Origin: Octopus sinensis
Lineage: Eukaryota
DNA length: 64,000 nucleotides
Direction of reading: 5' to 3'
NCBI RefSeq assembly: GCF_006345805.1
Contig: NC_042997.1
Span: 70,680,001 to 70,744,000, forward strand
This document shows, piece after piece, positions 24,874 through 36,786 of the stretch. Under the pieces are notes generated by a model, which did no database searches, was not told the origin of the DNA, and saw only the letters and a list, made by a program, of their open reading frames with translations. Made by a program: the position numbers and the translations under genes. Each line of letters opens with the position of its first letter. Within the stretch, counting starts at the first letter, position 1.

Positions 24874-25693
24874 TATGTTTGACTTTGCACAAGCTGGCTC
24901 CAAGTCTCACCCAGAGACCTCAAGAGACAACAGGTTGGAAGTTCATGTTGGTGTTATGCCTAGTGTGCCATATATTTGGTTTTGTACTTAATGTTGTACT
25001 AGTGTATGCCCAAAAAAAACAGACGAAAATTGTTTGTTTTAAAACTTGAGATTACATAGAAAGTATTTTGTGTAGGATATGAGCAGTTCCCATAGGCACT
25101 ATCTTTTGAATTTCTGCCATTTTTGGGTTTCCTGGTACCTGAGGTGATAGCAATCAATCCCTTTTGCTATCATTCCCAGGGCACCTATGACAACAGGTAT
25201 TGTTTTAGTCTTCAGGTTCCACATTTTGCTGATTTCTATTGCCAGATCTTTGTATTTGCTCAGTTTCTGGTAGGTCTTGACAGATACGTTTATATCGATT
25301 GGGAGAGTCATAACAATGAGGCGGCATGTTTTTTGTCTGAAGTCTTTCAATATGATGTCTGGCCTATTCGCGTCTATATTTCTGTCAGTTTGAATGGTGA
25401 AGTTCCAGAGGAGTGAGATGCGGTCATTTTCAAGTACTGGAGGTGGTTTGTGTTCCCACCAGTTTTTATCATGGGGCAAGTCCAGGCTTTTTCAGTGAAT
25501 ATATTGTGCAGCTCTATCATGCCTGTTGAGATACTCTGTAGGTGCAAGAAGACTGCACTTGGAGACAACATGATCAATGGTTTCATTTTGTTGTTGACAT
25601 ACTCAACATTTTGGCCTAGTAGTTCCTTGTAGGTAGGCATTGATCTTGAGCTGCTATGATAAACCCTTCTGTTTCAGATTTTAATCCAGAGGC

Positions 25694-25695
<2 letters not shown>
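24873..25695 (-). mobile_element. R4/Dong-type RLE LINE 3' part (family A2) inserted in (TAA)n
   Basis: ORF 25099-25479: KNWWEHKPPPVLENDRISLLWNFTIQTDRNIDANRPDIILKD..KLSKYKDLAIEISKMWNLKTKTIPVVIGALG. A degenerate zinc knuckle lies upstream. (AAT)n flanks both sides in the element's sense orientation. Confidence 0.88.
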
Positions 25696-25739
<44 letters not shown>

Positions 25740-25830
25740 GGTGTTGTTGTTGTTGTGTTGTTGTTGTTGTTGTTGTTGTTAATAATAATAATAATAATAA
25801 TAATGATAATAATAATAATAATGATAATAT
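25696..25830. repeat. (TTA)n-(TTG)n-(TAA)n compound microsatellite
   Basis: Direct inspection. Confidence 0.95.
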
Positions 25831-25909
25831 TAACAATATTAGTAACAACTAAATATTATATATGTACTCATGGACATGGATGTATATGTTGCGCTCCAGG
25901 ATGTGTGAG

Positions 25910-25947
<38 letters not shown>

Positions 25948-26037
25948 ATTGTCTATATGCTTATACGCATGTTTAATTATGTCTATATATATGTTTATGT
26001 ACATGTATAGGTGTACATAATTGCTTATGTATATATG

Positions 26038-26069
<32 letters not shown>

Positions 26070-26088
26070 ATATATATATATATAATAT

Positions 26089-26119
<31 letters not shown>

Positions 26120-26455
26120 TGATTTGTACGTGCATCTTGTTTCATGTATATATTTATGTTTTGAATGTGCCTTATAATCTCTGACGTGGCCTATGGAACT
26201 ATATAAATACCTCAATTTTAACTGCCTACAACCTCAATAAATTGACATGTATGAGCACAATGAAATTACTTTCTCCAAAGGCTGAAATTGATTTTAATGA
26301 TTTCAATAATCTATTGTATTCTTATCTTATATGTATTGAATTTTAATGTATATATGTATGTTGTTATGGTTCTCGTTTTGTTAAATAAATAAGTCAACAT
26401 TCTAATATCCTAGAGCTGATAAACCAACGAAATTGTTTCTCCATTTTCTCATTTG

Positions 26456-26574
<119 letters not shown>

Positions 26575-26706
26575 TGTATGTATGTTTGTGTCCGAAAGAC
26601 TTGTTCATGTTCCACGTACCTCGTGCTTCATATATTTTACTGTACATGTTTTGTGACGTCCTGTGTCCAGATATGCATACACACACACACACCACACACA
26701 CACACA

Positions 26707-26756
<50 letters not shown>

Positions 26757-28084
26757 TTATATTTATATTTATATTTATATTTATATTTATATAATGAGGG
26801 TGAAAAAATGAATATTAATTTGATTAATATCAATTTAAAACCAGTCGCCTAGCATTCAGAAAAAGTGTATTGCATATATATAAGAGTGATGACCACTATG
26901 CAGACATCCATTATACTAGATGTAGACCGCATATGGTCTGACCGCTAAGAAAAGTTTGGTCTCAAGAAAATTCCACAAACGCCAGAACGTAAGCGAGTAA
27001 GACAAATGAAAAAATACAAAATATGCAGATTAATCACAAATCCCGTTTCATTATTATCACTAACGTAATATTTACGTAAATATCTGCAATTCATCAGTGT
27101 GATCAGAGTTCTTTCATAACAAATTGTGTGATCTCCTTCGCGGCTCTCTGTATATTCTACTGTTTCAACACACGACTTCACATCAAGAATCTTGCAAAAC
27201 AAATACGTAAACGCATATCTATACGAGTGTGTGCGTTTGTGTGTGTGTGCATGTTTGTGTGTCTGTGCGTTTGTGTGTCTGTGCGTTTGTGTGCGTGTGT
27301 GCATTTGTGTGTGTGTGCATTTATATGTTTGTGTGTTTGCGTGTGTGTATACATAAATGTATATATATATTTACAATGCATATATTAAAACCTGAATATC
27401 TTGAAACACAGGTGTCCATTTCTTTTCAAATGATAAAGAGAAAACAATGAAATAACCACCATATATTGGCAAAAGGGATCTAGGTCGATATAGATTGCTT
27501 AGTTTATTAGTATTTATGTTTATGAAATAATATCTGCCTGTTTAGTCTTTGGAGTAATTAAATAATTAAGCACCAAAGCATCACCGGTTTTAGCAGAATT
27601 GAATTATTAATTAAATCATTAAGCATCAAAACATTATCAATTTTAGCTGAAGACTCATTTGAAAGTGATATAAGGGAAGTGACTTAATGTGTTATCAAAA
27701 GAGCCTTAGCGGTAGTGTGCATGTAGGTGTACAATAAAAAATTTAACGTAATTGAGAAGACTGCAAGTGAAAACTTATTGGATATCAATGAAAAAGACAT
27801 GCCAGTTGAATTAGCTTTAAGAATATAGAAATGAATTTGTTGCAATGTACTAATACTACAGATTTTTGGCTAGCAATGAGAAAAATATTGGCGGAAATAT
27901 ATTTAGAAGCAAAATTCATGGAAAATATTTTGGTATGGTATATAGGAAATAATGTACATACGTGTGTGTGTGTGTGTATGTGTTCAAGAGTATTCGTAAG
28001 TATGCATATAGTTATTAACAAAGAAATATAAAAGTTAATGCACAAACACACACGCACTCACGCACGCGCGCGCACACACACGCG

Positions 28085-28173
<89 letters not shown>

Positions 28174-28929
28174 CAAACACGCACACACGCTTTCAGCAGC
28201 CTTAATGCCATCTTTGCTACGTGGCTATAGTCTACTCGGAATATGTCGGCTGTCCGCCTGCGTCCCGCAGTAATTCGCACTATTACATACAATTTTTGCG
28301 ATACAAGTCCCCAGTTACACTTAGTTGACAAAAAAAGATGCCGACTATCCTCAGACAGCCATTTCGACAACCGATATTGCTGTTAATGATACCAAACTTA
28401 CTCCTAAAAAATGTATTACCTGTCAAAAGCCTTACAAAAGTATATGAGATTAATATATAATAGGTCATTTTTGTAATGGCGCTGTTTGATGTCTAACAAG
28501 TTTATACCCAATTATATACTTTTATTTTAAGAGAAAATTGTGAATGATTCATCATCTATTTATTGCTATTTCGATAATATTAAGTATATACAGGCACAAA
28601 AATTGAGAAAATATTCCATAACGAAGTAGATTTAGTTGTTTATTGAAGAATATATAATGTGTAATATACAAAATATTTAATGTAAAGTATGCATTTAATG
28701 ATATAGTAAATTGGTATGTATACTTTTCTTACAACGTAATAATGTATAACTTAGATAATAACTGGTATCATTATATTGGTATTGGAATTAAATTTTTCTG
28801 GCCAAAGAAATACTAAATAATAAAAGATATTAATGCAAAGATTTGATATAATGAAACATTTTTCATTAATTTAATGTAATATTTAGAAATATAATATGAA
28901 AATTATTTTAAAGGCTAATATTAATATAT

Positions 28930-29122
28930 AATATTGATTTCAAATTTTGACACAAGGCCAACAATTTTGGGGGAGATGTCAACTTGTTACATTGACCCCA
29001 GTACTATTTTATCGGCCTCTGAAAGATGAAAGGTTAAAATTTTAACTCAGAACACAAAGAGGGACGAAATGCTTGGAAGCATTTTGTCTGGCGTGCTAAC
29101 ATCTTTACCAGCTCGTCGCCTT
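28930..29122 (-). mobile_element. tRNA-SINE family B
   Basis: gatttcaaattttgacacaaggccaacaattttgggggag..ttgaccccagt..aactcagaac..gcattttgtctggcgtgctaac..ccagctcgtcgcc. Confidence 0.8.
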
Positions 29123-29131
29123 AATATGAGG

Positions 29132-29972
29132 TACGTGGTTTGATCAATAAGTCTCCGGACAGCTGCCATAGTAACGAAACTAAAACACGCAGAGTAAACC
29201 TGCTTGGCACATATTGACCTTATACATTGCCGTGCATGCGCACTAAATGTTAACGTTCTACCTCACTTCTGCTGTTTACAACAGTGCATGGAAGGAAGCG
29301 AAATGATCGTCACATTGACCATGACAGTGAAAGTTGAGCAGAGAATCTGCACTAAATTTTACCAAAAGCTTGGCCTTATCTGCTGAGAGGCGTACGCCAA
29401 GTTTTCAAAAAGTTTTCATCGTTCTCCACACAATCAAGGAGATCTGGTGCAAATGAAACCCGAGTGTCCTTTTAGATGAAAGTAATTTTGGCACAAATTT
29501 GGCAGACTCGCGTCTCATACCCAAATCTTCAGTGATTATGGACTGATCTGAACTGTAATTAAACTGCACATCCTTTGATGAGACGCAGATGGTGATTCAA
29601 CGATTTCCCCTCACGGCTGCACGCACATCAGCGATGTTTTTCTCAGTCCTGCTGGTTGCGGGTCTCCGAGAACGTACGTGAATATCGACATATTTTCGGC
29701 CATCTTGGAAACGTCTGAAACATTCGTAAACCTGTGTGAGGCTCATACACTCCTCATCATACACTTTCTGCAACTTTGCGTAGGCCCCTTGGCAGGTATC
29801 GCAATGAGAACTTACCCTGTCATGGTTAATGCGACAATCACACTCTACACACGTTTATTCCAAGCACAGCTGTAAATAGCGGAAGTGAGCTACAATGTTA
29901 AAACTTAGCGCTTTCACTCTGCTTGCTTTAGCTTCGTTACTATAGCAACAGTCCGGATACTTATTGATCAGA
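29132..29972. mobile_element. Mariner derivative built from two inverted 5' (left) halves
   Basis: TIR-like tgatcaataagtctccggacagctgccatagtaacgaa (left) and the reverse complement of ttcgttactatagcaacagtccggatacttattgatca (right). The plus strand encodes VKVEQRICTKFYQKLG..AYAK; the minus strand encodes AYAKLQKVYDEECMSLTQVYE..CVENDENFLK. The subterminal regions are homologous. Confidence 0.75.
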
Positions 29973-31079
29973 TAATATTGAAATAGTTTTGATATTTTTA
30001 CAGTATTAGTTTTAGTTTTTCCTATCAAAGTATTTGAGGGCTACTTTGATTTTTATGTGCCCATCTCAAGAAGTTAGCAAATCTGGATAAATATGTCATT
30101 TGGTATGTAATTTCGTGGTAGGTTTCGATTTTAAAATGGTTCCGGAAGTGGGAATTCTTTCGGAAGTTTCAGGATTTTAAGGCGTATGGAACTACCTTTT
30201 AGACTGTATCTTTCTCAAGTCTACTCTGAACCGAAGTAGCAGTTTCTGTCTGGATCCCAGCAGTTGGTTAAATAACATGTAACAAGACAAGACAGGGTTC
30301 TGCCAGGCAGAACGACAAACTTGACCACCAGAAAAATAAGACGTCATCAGTACTTTTAACGAATCAAAAATCAGATCCGTTCACGGGAAAAAATTATAAA
30401 TACACTGCATTAAAAAAAAAACACTGTTACAAGCGAAAATACCTGCACACGACGGAAAAAGATTTACAGAAACTGTAACAAAAACCTCTTTTTTACTATC
30501 TTCATTTCTCCTTTGTTTTCTTTCCTCTTAACTCAGTTTGGTGATCCACATCATTTATCAATCACTTCTGACACATTTTGTGCATTTAAACAAGATGATC
30601 TACATTTTTCTATTATTGAATGTAGTGAACATTTAAATCATATTTGATAATATTGAATTTTGTAAGCATTGAATCTTTTAAACATTATTTTTCTACTTCG
30701 AAATTTTGAAATTTTACCATTGATAAACAAAAAAATGTTGAAACTAGTTTGGTATGTATATAAATAAATTTATTTAAAATCAATTACATTTTTTTCAAAT
30801 TCAGGTGTATTTTCAACAACATATTTTTAAATATAACGCTGAGTAGAAGAAACAGGGAAAACTGAAGAAGGGGAATATTCCTTGTGTTGTATGTCTTGTA
30901 TTCTGGTTTCTTCGTTGTTTAAAAAAAAGTTCGTTTCTGTTTTTGTTTTATATTTTCGTTTCTCATTGTGTTCAACGTTATTCTGATGTCCTGTACCCAT
31001 ATATGCATGTATATATACATATATATGTAGGTGTGTAACTACATGTATGTATATATGCATATATTTATATATTATTTCT

Positions 31080-31260
<181 letters not shown>

Positions 31261-31811
31261 TATGTATGTACGTATGTATATACACGTGTATAAATGACGA
31301 ATACACACATATATATCCATGTATGTGTTATATCTATGATATGCTTATAATTTTCACTATATCAAGTTTCACCCACAGAAACATTGCTTACTATTTTTTT
31401 ATACAGGTAGAAATGTATATTTCAGACATGGGGTCTGAGAAATAGCTTTATATTTCAGAACTTCAATGAAAACATACTTTTATATTGTTCAAAGCAGTGA
31501 AGCATGTGATTTTTCAAAGGTCAATAATGGTGTAAATGTCAACAAGCTGATTATGCTGATAGGACAGAGTTCGTGCGGTAATTAGATATAGACAATAAAA
31601 TAGGGTTTTCCTCAAAGAAAAATCGTGAACAATAGATTAATAGCCTGAAGTGTTGCGCAAATGGATTGGCTTTTAAAGTCTTTTATATTAAACAGTTAGT
31701 GTCATAAAGATTTCAGGTGAAGAAAATGTTTCATTTCTTAATTAACTGTACGTGTTTGAGTTTACGTGTGTGAGTGTGTGAGTGTATGGGTGTGCATGTG
31801 TGCGTGTGTGC

Positions 31812-31857
<46 letters not shown>

Positions 31858-32018
31858 GTATGTATGTTTGTATGTTTGTATGTATGTTTGTATGTATGTA
31901 TGTATGCATGTATGTATGTGTGTATGTGGAGAGGAAGCCTACTTCGCACATTGTTATGTTTATGTATCTGGTGATGTGTCTATAGAAGGCTAAGATTAAC
32001 ATATATAATAAAAAAATG

Positions 32019-32065
<47 letters not shown>

Positions 32066-32275
32066 TGTGAAATAGAAAGATGAATAATCTTGTAGTAGAT
32101 TAATCAAAAGTTTAACCGATACCTTAGTAGCAAAAATCACAGCAGTAAACAGCACGGTTGGAGGTACAACCATCTGGCGTTGCAACCGTGCGTTGGTGCG
32201 GATAATTGAAATTAAAACATTATTGGTGAATTGAAGAAATGGAGCTGAACGCAGATTGAACAGAAATCGTTTTAT

Positions 32276-32362
32276 TTCATTCTACACGTGTTTCGAAAGG
32301 CACAAATTACCAAAATCCGATTGAATAATGGGACCATATTGTGTCTTTCTCTTCAGGAAGAA
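32276..32362 (-). ncRNA. Minimal type I hammerhead ribozyme (mirror copy)
   Basis: Exact reverse complement of 32519-32605. The GUA triplet is at 32285-32283. Confidence 0.8.
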
Positions 32363-32518
32363 AAAAGGAAATCCGATGGAAAAACAAAAACAGAACAGAG
32401 GCGGAGCAAAAAACAAATCGAACTGTGCTCCTAAGAGCCATGGCTCTTAGGAGCACAGTTCGATTTGTTTTTTGCTCCGCCTCTGTTCTGTTTTTGTTTT
32501 TCCATCGGATTTCCTTTT

Positions 32519-32605
32519 TTCTTCCTGAAGAGAAAGACACAATATGGTCCCATTATTCAATCGGATTTTGGTAATTTGTGCCTTTCGAAACACGTGTAGA
32601 ATGAA
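32519..32605 (+). ncRNA. Minimal type I hammerhead ribozyme
   Basis: Stem I ttcttc(32519-24)/gaa(t)gaa(32599-605); core CUGAAGA 32525-31; stem II gaaagacacaa/ttgtgcctttc (11 bp, one mismatch); GAAA 32587-90; helix III A-U, C-G with loop ACGU (palindrome ACACGUGU); GUA triplet 32596-98. Confidence 0.8.
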
Positions 32606-32659
32606 ATAAAACGATTTCTGTTCAATCTGCGTTCAGCTCCATTTCTTCAATTCACCAAT

Positions 32660-32725
<66 letters not shown>

Positions 32726-33069
32726 ATATGTATATATATATGGACCAAACCAGTTCGATTCAACTTTATGGCTACCCTTGAGTTTCGAATATCATGCTAG
32801 TCGTCAGCAATTTTGAATTTGAGTGACAGATGTTGATTATTATTACCGTAAGGTGGGCTGCGATTGTTCGAGGGAGGTCACGTGTTGTTGTAGTTTGCTG
32901 TTGGTATGTGGGTAACAGTTAGTTTTAAAGTACCGCATGGCGAACACAAAATTGTTCATGTGCAGGACAGGAAATAGATCACCTAGCGATTAGAAACCGG
33001 TCAGGTTGTTGGAGCGAAGTAGGAAGGGGCGGCATGTGCAAGTGTATAGTTCTATATGTGAGTGTCTAG

Positions 33070-33400
33070 ACGCGCTCATGTAGCTTTGCGTGCATGTGTG
33101 TATTAATTCGGGTGTACACATCTGTACATGGGCGAGCACGCGGACCTCTGTACCCACCCACACACACACACGCTTGCTCTTGGACGAACATGCACGCACG
33201 CAAACGCACACACACGCATATATACGCATGCACACGCATACACACATACACGCATACATGCGTATTCATTCAAATGCACATATATATATTCGCATGCAAG
33301 TACGCATGCATACCAGTGTGCGCGCCCACACGCATGCGCATGCACATATGCATTCGCACGCACGCGTGCACAAGAATACACATGCAAAACAAGCGTTAGG
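33070..33400. repeat. Degenerate alternating purine-pyrimidine (CA/CG/TA) repeat
   Basis: cgcacgcaaacgcacacacacgcatatatacgcatgcacacgc...; explains the overlapping H/T/C/V-rich ORFs. Confidence 0.8.
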
Positions 33401-34070
33401 CAATAGTCAGTGTTGAGAATTGGTAAACATTGGGTATTGGTAAGCGTTGGGGGCTGGTAAACGCTTGGGATTGGTATATGGTGGTTCTGTTCATGAGGTT
33501 GGTTAGTAGCGGTGACCATGTTGCAGGCGGTGGTATATCCGGGCTGTCGGCAGAATATATATATACATATATACTATTCAGTGCAATTTCCTGGCGCTTT
33601 ATTCATAGTCGGACAGAATTAGACGAGAAATGCATATTCAGTCAATTTACAAGTTTGTTTTATTGCTTTATGATATATTTCGTACGATTGTTGGGTAGCG
33701 AAGAGTACACATTTTATCTTTTAACTTCTACATGTTTCAATCAGTAGATTGTGGACATGCTGGAATATCCTTAAATAGTTTTCGGTCTAATGAATCAACC
33801 CCTTAGTAGATCTTAGTTCACATCCGACCGTATGTGTGCATGTATATTGTGTATGTATATTGTGTATGTATATAAGGAAATCAAATATTACACAGCGCAC
33901 CTCCATTTTACTGTTCAAATTTGCTAAATCTTATCACTGTCTGTTCCTAACTTATATATCGCTTGCTTAAGTTTCAGATATATGGCCATATATATAATAT
34001 TATATTATATTTACATAATATCGAGGTCTCTTTCATTCTTTTGTTATGATACCATATCAATATATATATA

Positions 34071-34139
<69 letters not shown>

Positions 34140-34174
34140 TGTATGTATATATGTATGTCTCTATGTCTCTTCTG

Positions 34175-36650
34175 TTTTTTAATTATTAAAAATCTTCCAC
34201 TGAAAAGGGAACCGGTTTCCAGCAAAGATACAAGGCTCATCTTTGTGATGTTGTTAACACAGACAAATTCACATTTGGAACTTGAAAGAAGATCTTGCAT
34301 ATTTTTTACTGTTCCCCTCACAAACTGCACTTCTAATGCACGAATTAGCCGGTCGATTTCTCTTTGCTGAAAATCCCAGTTTATCCAGATTCTCCTTTAA
34401 AAACCTAGTGCTCCAATTATTATTGGTATGAATAGGAATTCATAGTCTGGATATAGAAGCTGGATGTTTCGAAACAGTCGTCCATAAATATTATCTTTTT
34501 CTTTGATTTTCAAAGAGATATTTACATCTGCAGGGCAGCTGACCTCTATGATGGTTCATACCGTTGCCCCTCTGTCCCAAACAACAATACCCGACCTGTT
34601 ATGTTTATATTTCACAGACGTTTTGATGGGAATATTCCACCAGTATTCCTTGAGTTGATGTTTATGAATGTATTTCATAGCAGAAGTTTATTTCAAGACA
34701 GTCTTTTTGCGGATAGCATTGTAAACTGCTTTAGCAACAACATCGCGCCGTATAGGGAGGTAGTACTGTAACAACATTTTAGGATAGCTGCTAGTCAAAT
34801 GCCTGATGTTTTCCACAGAAACATGATATAGCCTACACATTCAGTTGTATCTTGGGATTACAAGAGCGTCGCTGTCTCTCTTTTTCGCCAGGTACTTTGT
34901 GGCAATATCCTTTGCCTGGATTGCAAACACAGACTTCAGAATGTTATGTAATGTAGTGCTCTTGTGTCCAAGAGAGGCTGCGCTTCATGTCAATTCTACT
35001 GTCTTTTTCAAGGTTCCGAGCAACATAACCATGCATAGTTTTTTTTTTGTATGCTGAGTACTTTCCACCCAGGTCTTCTTTGATGTAAGAGAGCCCAGAT
35101 GTTTTAGGGCTGTATAGGAGATCATCAGGTGAGTGTGCTTCTTGGGGAGCTCACTGCCAACTCGTAAAATGTGGATCACTTCTCTTTTCAGCACTGCATT
35201 TATATATTTATTTTTGCTGACGTTGGTTAGCAGGTGCTGCCTGAGTGATATACGGCATTCGAAGGTCGACTGCACTGATCTCATACCTCTACTACTTCAG
35301 TTCTTCTTAGGTAGAGCCTGTCATCATCACTGTTTCTGTAGAAGCTCCCAGTTGTTGTCAGGATTTTGCGGGTTTTAATATCTATGGAGTGGATCTCCTC
35401 TACTAACCAATCAAGTATCACACATTTTGGGACCAGCACTATTACTGCCAATGCATTGTGGGATATTGTTTTGTTGTAAGAGGAGAGTTCCGACTGCCAT
35501 ATTTTCCTAAGACTGGTGTAATATTCTCGGGTCACTCTATATTTACAGTGCCTTTATATGATACATTTTCGTCTATGCCTAGATACTTGTAACATTCTTT
35601 GTGGGGAATGGGGGAGATAGAGAGACCGTTGATGTTCAGGTTTTGGGTTGGGGGGACTGAATTCCCTCGTTCTATAACCAAATACGAACATTTCTTTTGG
35701 CCAAATTCTCTGCCTACATCAGCTGAAAAGGTTATTAATTCCATTTGTGTTTTGGCATTGTTAACACTTTAAGCATAAATCTTCAGGTCATCGACAAAGA
35801 AATTTTGAGTTACATTGATATTTCTAGCAGTTGAAGATCCTAGCATGTAACCATTTGTTAATGGATTCAGTGCCAAAATCAAAAGAAGTACGGAAATACT
35901 AACTCCCTGGAATATTCCGTTTGAAATGCCTATACTATCAGAAACAATTATTTTGTTCTCAGTTGTAAGGGTAAGAGTTGTTGCCCATGTCTTTGAGAGT
36001 CTCCCTATAGCAGCAATTAAGGTAGTAGGCACTTTTGCCAGATATAGGCACTTCAAATGCTATGAATGAGGGATAGAGTCGAATGCCTTTTTATACTCAA
36101 GCCATGTGTCAAAAGGTTTCTACGTTGTTTTCTTATTTCAGGCGGTACAGCTTTGTTTATTAAAAGTTGTTCGGCATATCCCCACACACCTTCTTTCCAC
36201 CAGCCTGTTCATCAATCGCAATATTGTTCGACTCACAATGGTCCTGAAGGAATCGGTTGAGGCAACTTGTGTGCGGTTTAGGCAAATGATGGACTTGTAG
36301 TTTCTTGCCATCTCGGTGTTTTCATTTTTGGCAATAAGATTTGATCTTGCTGTACCAAACCACTTTGGTATATCAATCTGACCTTCCATAATCCTTTTAA
36401 ACATACATACATACATATCAGTTGGTTTCTATAAAATGTCAGCCTCTCATGTCAATATCCAACTGTTAGGTATCATCCAGGTGCCTTCCCATTCTGCAAT
36501 TTGCTACTGCTCTATCGAATGTTTCCGCATCAATTGTGTATGTTTTACTGTTAGTGTAGGTACAGTATTCTCCATCAATTGCACTTAACCACGATGCAAT
36601 TGGTTCCAAATTTTTGACCGGAATCTTCTTGGGAGGGAACGTTCTTAATG
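34175..36650 (-). pseudogene. R4/Dong-type RLE LINE (family B1): RT, thumb, CCHC knuckle and RLE to 3' end, degenerate
   Basis: IPKWFGTARSNLIAK..NYKSIICLN; GIFQGVSISVLLLILALNPL..FFVDDLKIYA; ECYKYLGIDEN; DIKTRKILTTTGSFYRNSDDDRLYLRR; manual translation further down gives AIQAKDIATKY, RHDVVAK, HNRSGIVVWD and EVSCPADVNIS. Confidence 0.88.
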
Positions 36651-36664
36651 GTAATGTTTTCCTT

Positions 36665-36785
36665 CCTCATCTCTGTGTATAATGTATGTATGTATGTATG
36701 TATGTATGTATGTATGTATGTATGTATGTATGTATGTATATATGTATGTTTGTATGTATGTTTGTTTGTACGTATGTATGTATGT
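36665..36785. repeat. (TATG)n microsatellite between two R4-type copies
   Basis: Direct inspection. Confidence 0.95.
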
Positions 36786-36786
36786 C

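Larger units (their letters stand above)
32062..32668. mobile_element. Zero-spacer 456-bp perfect palindrome of a hammerhead-bearing PLE-type terminal unit, plus a 3' tail on one arm
   Basis: Position p pairs with 64881-p from 32213 to 32668; the centre is gagcca|tggctc (32440/32441). The minus-strand copy extends a further ~150 nt (32062-32212). Both ends abut (TA)n. Confidence 0.9.

Noticed and set aside
32307-32574. Two identical 77-aa ORFs on opposite strands
   Set aside because: A geometric consequence of the perfect palindrome. The peptide has no recognisable motif and overlaps the ribozymes.
33420-33480. G-rich ~17-bp degenerate repeat (possible G-quadruplex)
   Set aside because: Only three runs of three or more G with long loops; weak support.
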